Source of the DNA: an uncultured Phycisphaerales bacterium
Lineage (GTDB): Bacteria; Planctomycetota; Phycisphaerae; Tepidisphaerales; Tepidisphaeraceae
NCBI GenBank assembly: GCA_963773725.1
Contig: CAVZCA010000001.1
Location: forward strand, 9,843-73,842
Length of the DNA stretch: 64,000 nt
Direction: 5' to 3'
Shown here: piece by piece, positions 1 to 10,273 of the stretch
Layout: each line of letters begins with the position of its first letter
Numbering within the stretch: the stretch's first letter is position 1
The notes under the pieces: generated by a model
Told to the model about the DNA's origin: nothing
Seen by the model: only the letters and a program-made list of their open reading frames with translations
Database searches by the model: none
Position numbers and translations under genes: made by a program

Positions 1-2
1 GA

Positions 3-3000
3 TCAATCCTTTGCCCCATCCCACGCCCAAAGCATGATGTTCTTCATCAGTTCAAGCGCGTAGTCCGATTGATATCCAGCGATCCCCCAGGCATCCGTTC
101 CGAGCAGCCCGCTCGTCATATCCAGCGGCAAAATAATGATGTGTCCCTGGCCGACGGTTGCCATCATCGGCCGCGTGTCCGAGATCTCCGTGTAAGAGCG
201 AACGAATTGCCGAACTTCCGGATGCGAGACATCGATCATTCCATTGCCGCTGCGCGTCAGCATCGGATGCGAATCGGAAACCGGCTCGATCCTGATCGAA
301 GGAAACGTCCGCAACAGAAAATCATCATGAACGCTCTGCAGAAACGCATCCGGCAATCCGCACGGCTCGATCACCAGCACGCCGCCGTTTTCGACGTACT
401 GTTTTATGGATTTCATCTGCGCCGCGGTGAAATTCACTTTGCCGGTGCCGGTCAGATGGGCGATCGGCGGATTCGAATCCGCCAGATTCGCCGGGTCAGT
501 CGGCACGACATTGATGTCATAGTCCGTCTGTTGCCGAAACCAGCGCAGCACCTCTCGGCCACGCCGCCGGCTCGGGATCCCAGTTGCCGTCATAGCGCAG
601 TCGGGCGAGTCGAATCGCCGCCGCGGCTGGCCCGGCGGCATCGCGATGAAATCCGTTCCCAGCCGATTTTTCAGTTCGCTTTTTCCCGCCGCATATAACG
701 CGAGATTCACGCCAAGCTCAAACGACGAGCGACCGATCCGGTCTTCGCGAAGCTGCCAAAATCGCGTCAGGTCTTGCGGCCAGTGCATCATCAAAATCCG
801 CGAGCCATTGGTGATCGCCCGGATTTTCGGGCGATCGGTCAGGTGATACGACACGTTAAACAGCACCGAATCCGCCGGCAAATCGACCCACGGATATTGC
901 GGGAAAAGCTCCTTGCCGAGAGTCTTCGACATACTGCGAAAATTCCTCGCGGCCCGCATCCGCCTGCGTCAGCAGCATCCCGCCGTTCTCGATGTACTGC
1001 TTGATTTTCTGCCGGTCGTCGCCGCTCAGGTCCGGCGGCTTGTCGCCGGCCATGTACAGAATCGGGCTGTCCGTCCAGTCGAGCCACGGATGATCCACCG
1101 GCACCACCTGCCAGTTCAGTGGGCGTTCCAGTTCCGAAGAAGCGAAGCGCGCGAGGTTGGCGACATCGCGCGGACGGTTGGCCCAGTCGCCGCGAATATC
1201 GCAGCTTGTTCATCAGCACCGGATGCCGCCCGCGGGCGAGCAGAAGCAGTGCATACGATGTGTTCACGATGGCGTCGGACGATTCGCTGGCCCCGCCCCA
1301 CGATCCGTCGGGCGATCTGCGCACTCATCAGCTCTGCCGCGCAGTCCGATACCAGTCATGCGATCCGTAATATTTGAATCCCGATGCCAGCCCCGTTCGC
1401 TCCAGACCGTACAGGGCATAGTACGTATAAAAATCCGACGAAGGCGGCAGCGCGATGACACTGTTGTCACCATCCTCCAGCCACTTCAGCGCCTTTTCCA
1501 GCGCCGGCGAAAACGGCGGCCTGCCGACCTGATCGCCGTAATCTTCCGCGTCCAGATAATCCTGCGCGACAAACAGCGAGGCGATTCCCGCCAGCGTCAT
1601 CGATCGGCTCGGATCGGTCACATCCGCCCGGTAGCACCATTCTCCATCTTTCTGCTGATATGTCGTCCAGTGTTTGCGCACATCCCGCCAGAATTGCGGC
1701 GGAACCTGTATGCCCACCTCCGCCCCCGACCAGACGCCCAGCAGGCCATACTGCGAATTGGAATTGTCCCAGAACGCGAATGGCGTATCGTGCGGAAATT
1801 CGTCGTTGTAGGTGAAGGCTCCGTGTTCCTGTGAACGCAAAAGCCAATCCACATCTTCCTTAATGACGTGGTGATCCTGCGGGCGGTCATACAGAGCCAG
1901 CGCCGTCGCCCGCAGCGCCCGGGCATAGGTCACGTAATCCGCTGGTCATCGGAAATTTCTTCATCGCGTCGATCGCATCGATCATGAACTCGCCGTGAAT
2001 GTCCAGCCGCTTATCGTGCGTCGCCAGCTCGGCCTGCATCAGAGCGTAGACCGCCAGCGTATCGAGTCCCTCGTAATGCCGTAATTTCCGGAAATCACCG
2101 GGCCGCTGAATCGCTTGAGCAGATAATCGATGCCCTTGGTGATGGAGGCGCCGATCTGCGCATCGGTGACTCCCTCGACCGGCGGAATATCGAGCCGCGC
2201 CGGCGGGCGCGGAATCGCCTCGCGCTTCGGCAGCGCGGCAGCCGCCGCCTGCGGCTGCGTCGCCGGGAACAGCAGATTGGAAAGATCCAGACCTGGCTGG
2301 GTCGTGGAATTGCTGGTCTGCGGCGGTGGGGGGGCGTCACCGTCTCGGGCTGCGGGCTCGGGCGCGGGCGATGGCGCGGTTGCCGGCGCCTGGCGCGGTG
2401 TTCGCCGGCGGCGCATGCGTAGCTGGTCAGAATGTCATACAGCAGATCCCGCCGCTCCCACGACCGGTTCAGTTCCTCCTGAAGAAACGGATCGGTAATC
2501 TCATGCCCGGCTACCAGCCGCTCAAGTTGCTGATACGTCTCATACGCCTCCCGATTGCGCGAACTGAGCGCCAACTGCTCGGCTTTTTGCTTCAGCGTAA
2601 GAATCTGCTCCCGATTGGCCTGCTCCCAGCTTGGCGGCGTCGCCGGCTGCCCCGCAGCAGCCACAGCACCGCGATGATCATCGCCACTACCGCCACCGCG
2701 CCGCTCCCCCAGATGATCGCGCGCCGGCGTTGCAATTCCTCTTCAGCGGTCCGGGCCGACGAACGGGGCAAAAGCGAATCAATCCGCGACGGCGGCGCTC
2801 CCTGCCAATCGCCTGCCGCTCCCGCACCCTCCGGCGGCTGACCAAAATTTGAAAGCGGCGCTGGCGCCAGACCGGCGGAACGGCCGGCGGCAGCAGGCGG
2901 CGCCGCCGGCGTCGTGCCCGACTGCACCGTCCATTGCACCACATCCGATTCCTCCATCTCGACATGCACATCCCCCATCGCCGCCGCCGCCTGATGCGTC

Positions 3001-3258
3001 AGATACGATTCCTCGACAACCGGAGGCGCATGCTCATCCGATCGAAGCCTGCGCCGGCTCAGGATTTGGATTGGCTTCTGGAATCGGCACCGGCTGTTCA
3101 GCCGGTGGCGGGGCGGTCTGCGATGGAACCACCGCATCCGGCGGCGGCGTCAAACGCATCACCGCTCCGCACGCTGGGCAGATCGTCTGCTTGCCCGTGA
3201 GGTTGCTGGCAAACCACAGGATCTTCCCGCATTTAGGACACTGGGTCGTGAAGACCAT
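3..3258 (-). CDS. Large membrane-anchored protein with an N-terminal zinc ribbon, a TM helix, prenyltransferase/squalene-cyclase-like repeats and two C-terminal DUF4159-like modules. The frame is interrupted about 6-7 times.
   Basis: Colinear minus-strand ORF pieces: 3034-3258 (CPKCG...CPACG), 2592-3137 (TM AVAVVAMIIAVLWLL), 2095-2664, 2039-2416, 1328-1933 (terpenoid-cyclase-like Trp/Tyr-rich repeats), 856-1107 and 3-959 (two IKQY[IV]ENGG modules). Stop codon at 3-5. Confidence 0.6.
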
Positions 3259-3390
3259 GCGATTATCTTATGCCCATACAAAAAAAGAGGGCCATGGCAT
3301 TGTAAGCTCCCAAGCCTCCATGTGTCTCGTCAATACGCCGCAGTAACACGGTCCGATATTGTTTTAAGTCTTGTGGGAGGCGAAAGAAGA

Positions 3391-3654
3391 TGATGATCGT
3401 TTGCGGTGCTCGTGACGGCCGAAGTCACCGGCTCGAATGGAACAGGCATCGCCGCGGTTGCGCCGTCGGCTCGCCTGAAAAAGTTCTAAACTTCCCTTTG
3501 CCGCCGAAGGCAGCGATGTTTTCTTTTCGCCAGCAGAAGGAAGTCCGGAACTTTTTCAGGCGAGCCGACGGCGCCAACCGCGGCGACGCCCGACCTATTC
3601 GAGTAAGCGATTTCGGCCGTCACGAAAACCGTAACCGATCATCAGTATTTCTTA
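3391..3654. repeat. 264-bp imperfect palindrome with two ~100-bp inverted arms and a 61-bp spacer that is itself weakly hairpin-forming
   Basis: Arm 1, 3391-3486 (TGATGATCGTTTGCGGTGCTCGTGACGGCCGAAG...GGCTCGCCTGAAAAAGTTC), is the reverse complement of arm 2, 3548-3654 (GAACTTTTTCAGGCGAGCC...CGGCCGTCACGAAAACCGTAACCGATCATCA), with scattered mismatches and small indels. Confidence 0.8.
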
Positions 3655-3762
3655 TCCATTACATTGCATCGTTGAAAATGCAAAGCTTCCCCAATCAGAA
3701 TTCAGTATTACCTTGCCCAACACTGCCGAGAGATGCTATCGTCTAATCAGGAGAAAATTGTT

Positions 3763-5183
3763 GTGATCAAAGTTGCAATGATCGGCGCCGGCAGCGTCGT
3801 TTTTTCCAAGAATCTGACCGGCGACATTCTCTCCTACCCCGAATTCAAGGACGCGACGCTCAGCTACATGGATATCGACGCCGACCGGCTGGAAGTCGGC
3901 GTCAACCTCTGCCGGAAGGTCGCCGACGCGCTCGGGGCCAATCCCGAAAATCGAAGGCAACCACGCGATCGCCGCGAGGCGCTGCGCGGCGCGGATTTCG
4001 TCATCAACATGGTGCAGATCGGCGGATTCGATTCCACGCTGGTCGATTTCGAAATCCCCCGCAAATACGGCCTGCAATTTCACCATCGCCGACACCACCG
4101 GCCCCGGCGGATTGTTCCGCGCGCTGCGCACCTATCCGATGCTCACCGGCCTTTGCCGCGACATGATGGAGCTCTGCCCGCGGGCCATCCTGCTGAATTA
4201 TTCCAACCCGATGAGCATGAACATGCAGACGATCTCCCGCACCAGCGACGTCCGCGCGGTCGGGCTGTGCCACAGCGTGCAGGGGACCTTCGATCAGCTG
4301 ATGGGATACATCGGCGAAAATCCGCGAAGACGTCGCGTTCATCTGCGCCGGCATCAATCACATGGCGTTCTACCTGAAGCTGGAAAAGGACGGCGTCGAT
4401 CTCTATCCCGCGGCTTTTCGAGGCGATGAACGACCCCGACATATTCGCGCACCAACGCGGTGCGATTCGAGCTGATGAAGCGGCTCGGCTATTTCGTCAC
4501 CGAAAGTCGCGAGCACAACGCCGAATACAACCCCTGTTTCATCCCGCACGGGCCGGAGATGATCGCGCGATTCGACGTGCCGATCGATGAATACCTCCGC
4601 CGCTGCGACGCGATCGTCGACGAATTCGAGCGGATGAAAAGCTTCAGCAAGATCGCGACGAGCCGATGGACGTCCATCGCAGCCACGAATACGGCAGCAC
4701 GATCATCCACTCGATGGTGACCGGCAAGCCGAGCGTGGTGTACGGCAACATGCCCAACCGCGGCGCGATCGCCAATCTGCCGGCCAACGCCATCGCCGAA
4801 GCGCCGACGCTGGTGGATCGCAACGGCCTGCAGTTCACGACCGTCGGCGAGCTTGCCGCCGCAGCTTGGTCGGCTACATGCAGCCGCACGTGACCCAGCA
4901 CGAACTGTTCATCCGCGCGGCGATGGAAGGCCGGCGCGATCACGTTTACCAGGCGGCGATGTTCGATCCGCTGACGGCCGCGATCTTGCCGCTCGATCAG
5001 ATCGTCGAGATGTGCGACGAGCTGATCGCCGCCCACGGCGATCTGCTGCCGAAATTCCCCGCCAAAACGCTGGTGCCCACCAGCGGCAAGCATTTCGAAT
5101 CAGCCGATATGAAAAAATATCGCCAGAGCTGGGAAAATGTGAAAACTGCGGCGAAGGCCACGGGAACGACAAAACTCTATTAA
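3763..5183 (+). CDS. melA: Glycoside hydrolase family 4 alpha-galactosidase-like enzyme (NAD/Mn-dependent), with at least 5 frame changes
   Basis: AGGAG followed by GTG at 3763. N-terminal Rossmann motif KVAMIGAGSVVFSKN, then LLNYSNPM, GLCHSVQGT and FVTESREHNAEY in ORF pieces 3733-4377, 4112-4429, 4460-4720, 4666-4893 and 4866-5183. Confidence 0.75.
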
Positions 5184-5325
5184 CGCAATTTTCGGAGTGC
5201 CGGCGTAAAACCATTGCGTGAGCGAAATCATGCCGCTCCTCGAATGTCGACCACGCGATTTCCGTTCCTTTCCCATCGGAAAATGAGCATCTCCGGAGGC
5301 GATACGCGAACGGGCTTATAAACCG

Positions 5326-5785
5326 ATTTGGACGAACGTCTGCTGAAGTGCGGTATAACGAGATGCTAGGTCGGCGTAGATCTCTGATGAAATGTCGAAC
5401 CGGTTCCAATGTTCGATGACATATGCGCATGCAGAGGCGAGCGCTTGGCGATGGGTACAAGTTGTTTTGCCTCGTGTTGCAGGCGGAATTCAAGAAGCCC
5501 GGCAAAACAATCTATCATGCCCGAATCGTTCGCGGCGCAGTCGCTTTGTATGTAACGAATGGCTGCTTCGACGTAATAACGAAACGCCACGGGCCCCATC
5601 CACATCAAGTCTTCCTGGTAACGGGCTGAATTCTCACGAAAAAGCAACTCTGCTTCCTCACAGCTTTTACCTAGGAAATGTTCGCAGGCTGATCGCTCAT
5701 CCAGCGAGTCATAAACATTGATTTCATTGCAGGTGGGAATCAAACCGGGATTTTCCAAATGAATATTGGCCGACGACCATCGCAA
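5326..5785 (-). CDS. Hypothetical cytoplasmic protein with an immunity-protein-like look, in a lower-GC islet, with one frame change near 5430
   Basis: ORF 5366-5785 (…EDLMWMGPVAFRYYVEAAIRYIQSD…). It continues convincingly in another frame (QALASACAYVIEHWNRFDISSEIYADLASRYTALQQTFVQIGL, stop at 5326-5328). Confidence 0.4.
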
Positions 5786-5833
5786 TAGCTGGTATTTCGC
5801 GCGGCTGACACGCTCGCCGCCGTCAGTTCCCTA

Positions 5834-6124
5834 TCACCGCCGGAAGTTGGAGCCACCCGCAATCGCAGGAATAATGCTCAGTTCATCCCCAGCCTTCACC
5901 GGCGTATCAAGGTTCTTCAAAAACCGAATATCCTCATCGTTCAGATAAACATTCACAAACCGATTCAGTTGATTCGGCCCCTTAAACAGCCGCGTTTCAA
6001 TGCCGCTGGCTTTGTCCTTCAGACCATTCAACACCTCGCCGACGGTGCCGCCGGCAACCTCCACGACATCGGCGCCCTGGGTGTAATTTCGCAGCGGAGA
6101 TGGGATTCGGACTTTAATGCTCAT
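5834..6124 (-). CDS. MoaD/ThiS-family ubiquitin-like sulfur carrier protein whose Gly-Gly is followed by a 5-residue tail (MetO/HcyS-like)
   Basis: 96 aa. The sequence ...VKAGDELSIIPAIAGG-SNFRR is typical of the ThiS/MoaD beta-grasp C-terminus. The start lies 7 nt after the stop of the ThrC-like gene. Confidence 0.75.
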   Translation of the reverse strand: MSIKVRIPSPLRNYTQGADVVEVAGGTVGEVLNGLKDKASGIETRLFKGPNQLNRFVNVYLNDEDIRFLKNLDTPVKAGDELSIIPAIAGGSNFRR

Positions 6125-6131
6125 GGTTGCA

Positions 6132-7425
6132 TCATATCACGGAAACAGGTTTTCGGGAGTCACGCTCCACTGGCTTCGCAACTGGCGGGATTTCTGCCTC
6201 CCGCCGAGCCAATAGTTCATCAAATTCGGAAAGCTTCGCCTCGATCACCTCCGGATGAACCAGATCATTCTGAACAGCTTCCAGCGTCTTCAGCCCGTTG
6301 CCGGTGATGCTGACGACGATCGATTCATTCTTGGGAATCCGCCCCTGCTGGATCAGCTTGATCGCGGCGGCCAGCGTGGTGCCGCCGGCGGGTTCGGTCC
6401 AGATGCCTTCGGTGCGGGCGAGCAGTTTGATCGCATCGACGATTCCGCGGTCGGTGGCGCTCTCGCCCCAGCCGCCGGATTCCTTGACCGCCTGCCAGAC
6501 GTAATACCCATCGGCCGGATTGCCGATGGCGATGCTCTTGGCGATCGTGTTCGGCTTCTGCGGCTCGATGATGTCGATGCCCTTGTGAATCGCCGTCACC
6601 ACCGGATTGCACCCGGCCGCCTGCGCGGAATAAATCTTCGGCTGATTGTCCTCGACCAGTCCCAGCTCGATGAACTCCTGATACGCCTTGTAAATCTTGG
6701 GCAGGATCGTCCCGCCGGCGGTGGGGACGACCGTGTGCTGCGGCAGCCGCCAGCCGAGTTGCTCGGCGATTTCAAAGCCGTAGGTCTTGGCCCCTTCGGT
6801 GTAATACGGCCGGAGATTCACGTTGACGATCGCCCAGCCGTATTTGTCGGCGATCTCGGTGCAGAGGCGATTGACATCATCATAGTTGCCGCGAATGCGA
6901 ACCATCGTCGGCCCGAAGATCAGGCAGCCAAGCACTTTTCCCTGCTCCAGATCGTGCGGAATCATCACGAAGCAGCGAAGCCCCGCCTGCGCGGCGTGGG
7001 CGGCGGTGCTGTTGGCGAGATTGCCCGTGCTGGCGCAGCCGACGGTGTCGAAGCCAAATTCAATGCGCCTTGCTGATGGCGACGGAAACGACGCGCTCTT
7101 TGTAGGAATAGGTCGGATAGTTGCACGAATCATCCTTGATCCAGAGATCGGAGCATCCCAGTTCCTTCCCCAGCCGTCGGCGCTTTTCAACGGCGTGAAG
7201 CCGGAGATGAATCCCGTTCGCGGCTCGGTCAACCGGCAGCAAATCCTTATACCGCCACAGGCTCTTGGGCCCCGCGGCGATCGACTCGCGCGTGACCTTC
7301 CCCTTCATCTTCGCGTAGTCGTACTCGACTTCGTACGGCCCGAAGCAGGCCTCGCACACATGCACCGGACACACCGGCACGCGATGCCCGCACTCTTTGC
7401 ATTTAAGACCAAGGACGTAGCTCAT
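6132..7425 (-). CDS. Threonine-synthase-like PLP enzyme with an N-terminal Cys4 zinc ribbon (MetM-like candidate), with one frame change near 7072
   Basis: N-terminal piece 7060-7425 carries CKECGH...CEAC and the PLP-lysine motif PTYSYKERVV. C-terminal piece 6132-7232 carries GCASTGNLANS, VVPTAGGT and EPAGGTTLAA. Confidence 0.8.
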
Positions 7426-7429
7426 GGGA

Positions 7430-7590
7430 TGATCCTCTTCCTGGATAAGAAGAGGCGCGGCAAGGCGGGCTTCTTCTTATCTGTCCCGGCAAAACCGGGC
7501 GGGAGTTAGCACCGTTTAATGGCAAAACGCCAGAAACGGTTGCTGTGGCTTCATCGGGCCCTACCCTCAGCCACTCTCGATAAGAATCTA
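7430..7590 (-). promoter_or_regulatory. SAM-I (S-box) riboswitch with an SD-sequestering expression platform
   Basis: The minus-strand RNA reads UUCUUAUCGAGAGUGGCUGAGGGUAGGGCCCGAUGAAGCCACAGCAACCG...CGGUGCUAACUCCCGCC...GGGACAGAUAAGAA. This matches the conserved S-box core, with the P1 helix between 7579-7586 and 7474-7481. The downstream CCUCUUCUU can pair with the GGAAGAGGA SD just before the ATG at 7425. Confidence 0.85.
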
Positions 7591-7606
7591 TTCAATTGTT
7601 GGAAAT

Positions 7607-7635
7607 ATTATTGATTACGCCCCGGAAAGTGTCAA
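7607..7635 (-). promoter_or_regulatory. Sigma70-like promoter for the riboswitch-controlled operon
   Basis: Minus strand reads TTGACA (7630-7635), a 17-nt spacer, then AATAAT (7607-7612), about 20 nt upstream of the riboswitch P1 helix. Confidence 0.5.
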
Positions 7636-7653
7636 GCGCGGCCAGAATACGGT

Positions 7654-8295
7654 TCAATCCGACTTTTGGGCCCGCCGAAGCACCGCATCAAACATCGCCG
7701 CCGTCAATTTCCCGGTAAACGTATTCTGCTGGCTCACATGATAAGACCCAAGCAGTCGCCGGCCTTCGTTCAATCGCATCTCCGCCCCATGACTAAACGG
7801 CACCTTGCCATCCGGAAAATCGCAACCCCGCCGCTTTGCCAGGGTGAGAATCGCATCCCACCCAATCTTCCCCAGCGCCAGCATGACCCGAACATCCCTC
7901 AGCAAATCCCATTCGCGATCCAGATACTCCGAGCAATTCGCGATCTCATCCGGCAGCGGCTTATTACCTGGCGGCGCACAGCGAACAGTTGCACTGATGT
8001 ACACACCATTAAGTTGTAAGCCATCATCTCGACGCGTCGAAGTCGGCTGATTCGCCATTCCCATTCGATGCAAAGCCGCGAAAAGAAAATCACCGCTCCG
8101 ATCCCCGGTAAAAACCCGTCCGGTGCGGTTGGCTCCATGGGCAGCCGGCGCAAGTCCAACAATCCAAATCCTCGCCCGCGGATCGCCAAACCCCGGAACA
8201 GGCTTTCCCCAGTAATCCCAATCCGAATACGCGCGCCGCTTTTCCCGCGCAACAGCCTCACAATAAGCGCGCAATCGCGCAGCGATTGCAGCCAA
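7654..8295 (-). CDS. Uracil-DNA glycosylase, family 4/5
   Basis: 213 aa and intact. Motifs IVGLAPAAHGANRTGRVFTGD and SYHVSQQN. Confidence 0.8.
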   Translation of the reverse strand: MAAIAARLRAYCEAVAREKRRAYSDWDYWGKPVPGFGDPRARIWIVGLAPAAHGANRTGRVFTGDRSGDFLFAALHRMGMANQPTSTRRDDGLQLNGVYISATVRCAPPGNKPLPDEIANCSEYLDREWDLLRDVRVMLALGKIGWDAILTLAKRRGCDFPDGKVPFSHGAEMRLNEGRRLLGSYHVSQQNTFTGKLTAAMFDAVLRRAQKSD

Positions 8296-8387
8296 CGACT
8301 TCCGACGACAAAACCCGAAGAGAATCTTTGGCGATTAATTTAGGCATCAGTTCAGCGTCCGCAGTCCCATTTTTTTTCTCTGCTGAT

Positions 8388-8837
8388 TCACTTCCGTCCA
8401 GACCATCGCATCCGCCGCAGAAAGCCGATCAGCGGCGCGGTCGTAACCCCAATCATCTTTGCCGCGTCCGAAATACTCCAACCCGCGGAATCCAGCACAT
8501 CCAGCACCATGCCAATAGCCGCCGGATAATCCGCCGATTTACGAGAGACATCCAGCCCCTTCGAATCAGGAAGCCGCGACAGATCAACCGGCTCGCGCAA
8601 GTGAATCGCGATCTGAATCCGCAATCGATCGATCGCCGCCTGCCGATTCCGATGCTGCGAGCGCGATTCCCCCGCGATCACGGAAATGCCGCTCGGCTCA
8701 TGCGTCAAACGGACGGCGGAGCTGGTCTTATTCCGTTTCTGCCCGCCAGGCCCGGGCCCGCGAAACGCCTCAAATCGGCATTGGGCCAGCAGTTGCTCGT
8801 CGGTGAGATGTCGGAAACCGGGCATAGTGGCACGCAC
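8388..8837 (-). CDS. Peptidyl-tRNA hydrolase / release-factor-like GGQ domain protein (ArfB-like)
   Basis: 149 aa. Motif GPGPGGQKRNKTSSAVRLTH (class I RF GGQ). The true start is possibly the M at 8825. Confidence 0.7.
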   Translation of the reverse strand: MRATMPGFRHLTDEQLLAQCRFEAFRGPGPGGQKRNKTSSAVRLTHEPSGISVIAGESRSQHRNRQAAIDRLRIQIAIHLREPVDLSRLPDSKGLDVSRKSADYPAAIGMVLDVLDSAGWSISDAAKMIGVTTAPLIGFLRRMRWSGRK

Positions 8838-8854
8838 ACTCTAAGCGCCATAAG

Positions 8855-10261
8855 ATGCCAATGACTATGCCCCAAAGCAATTTCGATCTCATCGTCATCG
8901 GCGCCGGCCCCGGCGGATATACCTCCGCCATCCGCGCCGCGCAGCTCGGCATGAAAGTCGCCTGCGTCGAACGCGAATTCCTCGGCGGCACCTGCCTCAA
9001 CATCGGCTGCATCCCCTCCAAGGCGCTGCTCGATACCTCGTATCGTTTCTACGATCTCACCCATCACCTCGCCCGCCGCGGCATCAAGGCCCCGGACGCT
9101 TCCATCGATCTGCCCACGGTGATGAACTTCAAGGACGATGTCGTCAAAAAAATGACCAACGGCGTCGGCTACCTCTTCCGCAAAAACAAAATCGAGCACC
9201 TCGTCGGCCAGGGCCGAATCGTCTCCCCCGGCACGGTCGAGGTAAAAGGCGCCAGCGGCACAACGACTTACTCCGCAAAAAATATTTTCATCGCCACCGG
9301 CAGCGCGCCAATCGAATTGCCAAATCTCCCCTTCGACGGCAAAAATATCCTCTCCTCCACCGAAGCCCTCTCGCTCAGCGAAACCCCAAAGCGCATCATC
9401 GTCATCGGCGGCGGTTACATCGGCGTCGAACTCGGCAGCGTCTGGAATCGCCTCGGCTCGGAAGTCGTCGTCCTGGAATTCCTTCCCGGAATCCTCCCCC
9501 CATCCGACCGCGAGATGGCCAATGCCCTGCAAAAATCCCTCGAAAAACAGGGGATGAAATTCCGCTTCAATACCGGCGCCGATTCCGCGGTCGCGGCCAA
9601 CGGCAAAGTAAAGGTCAACTTCAAGAGCGGAAGTGAAACCGGTGTTGAAGAAGCCGACAAAGTCCTCGTCTGCGTCGGCCGCAAGCCGATCACCAATGGC
9701 CTCGGCCTGACCGAGGTCGGCGTGCAAGTCGATCGCCGCGGTTTCGTCATGGTGAGCCCGCACTACGCGACCAACGTCCCGGGAATCTACGCCATCGGCG
9801 ACGTGATCGGCGGCGCAATGCTCGCCCATAAAGCCGAGGAGGAAGGCGTCGCGGCGGTGGAAATCATGGCCGGCAAACCAGGCCACGTGAATTACAAAGC
9901 CTGCCCCGCAGTCGTCTACACGCATCCGGAACTAGCCCAGGTCGGCATGACCGAAGAAGAAGCCGCCGCCAGAGGCCCGATCAAGATCGGGAAATTCCCC
10001 TTCACCGCCAACGGCCGCGCCCGCGGCATGGACGATGTCGAAGGTTTCGTAAAAGTGATCGGCGACGCGAAGACAGATCGCCTGCTGGGCGTGCACATTC
10101 TCGGCGCCGATGCCAGCACCATGATCGCCGAGGCGGCAATGGCGATGGAATTCGCAGCCAGCGTGGAAGATCTCGCAAGGGCATTCCATGCTCATCCAAC
10201 ACTGCCCGAAGCGATGCGCGAAGCAGCGGCGGCGGCGGATCATTTGGCGAGGCAGATTTAG
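8855..10261 (+). CDS. lpdA: Dihydrolipoyl dehydrogenase (E3)
   Basis: 468 aa and intact. Motifs DLIVIGAGPGGY, the redox-active GGTCLNIGCIPSK, and the C-terminal interface HAHPTLPE. Confidence 0.95.
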   Translation: MPMTMPQSNFDLIVIGAGPGGYTSAIRAAQLGMKVACVEREFLGGTCLNIGCIPSKALLDTSYRFYDLTHHLARRGIKAPDASIDLPTVMNFKDDVVKKMTNGVGYLFRKNKIEHLVGQGRIVSPGTVEVKGASGTTTYSAKNIFIATGSAPIELPNLPFDGKNILSSTEALSLSETPKRIIVIGGGYIGVELGSVWNRLGSEVVVLEFLPGILPPSDREMANALQKSLEKQGMKFRFNTGADSAVAANGKVKVNFKSGSETGVEEADKVLVCVGRKPITNGLGLTEVGVQVDRRGFVMVSPHYATNVPGIYAIGDVIGGAMLAHKAEEEGVAAVEIMAGKPGHVNYKACPAVVYTHPELAQVGMTEEEAAARGPIKIGKFPFTANGRARGMDDVEGFVKVIGDAKTDRLLGVHILGADASTMIAEAAMAMEFAASVEDLARAFHAHPTLPEAMREAAAAADHLARQI

Positions 10262-10273
10262 GCAAGAGCTGGA

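Noticed and set aside
476-493. GGCGGATTCGAATCCGCC, a T-arm-like palindrome
   Set aside because: It lies inside the DUF4159 coding region, with no flanking acceptor, D or anticodon arms. It is not a tRNA.
3390-3746. 118-aa plus-strand ORF upstream of the melA-like gene
   Set aside because: It is translated straight through both arms of the 264-bp palindrome. It has no RBS and no recognisable motif, and is more parsimoniously non-coding.
8705-9925. 406-aa minus-strand ORF opposite lpdA
   Set aside because: It lies entirely antisense to an intact, unmistakable dihydrolipoyl dehydrogenase. Its composition (Gly/Ala/Asp/Arg-rich, no motifs) is typical of shadow ORFs in GC-rich DNA.
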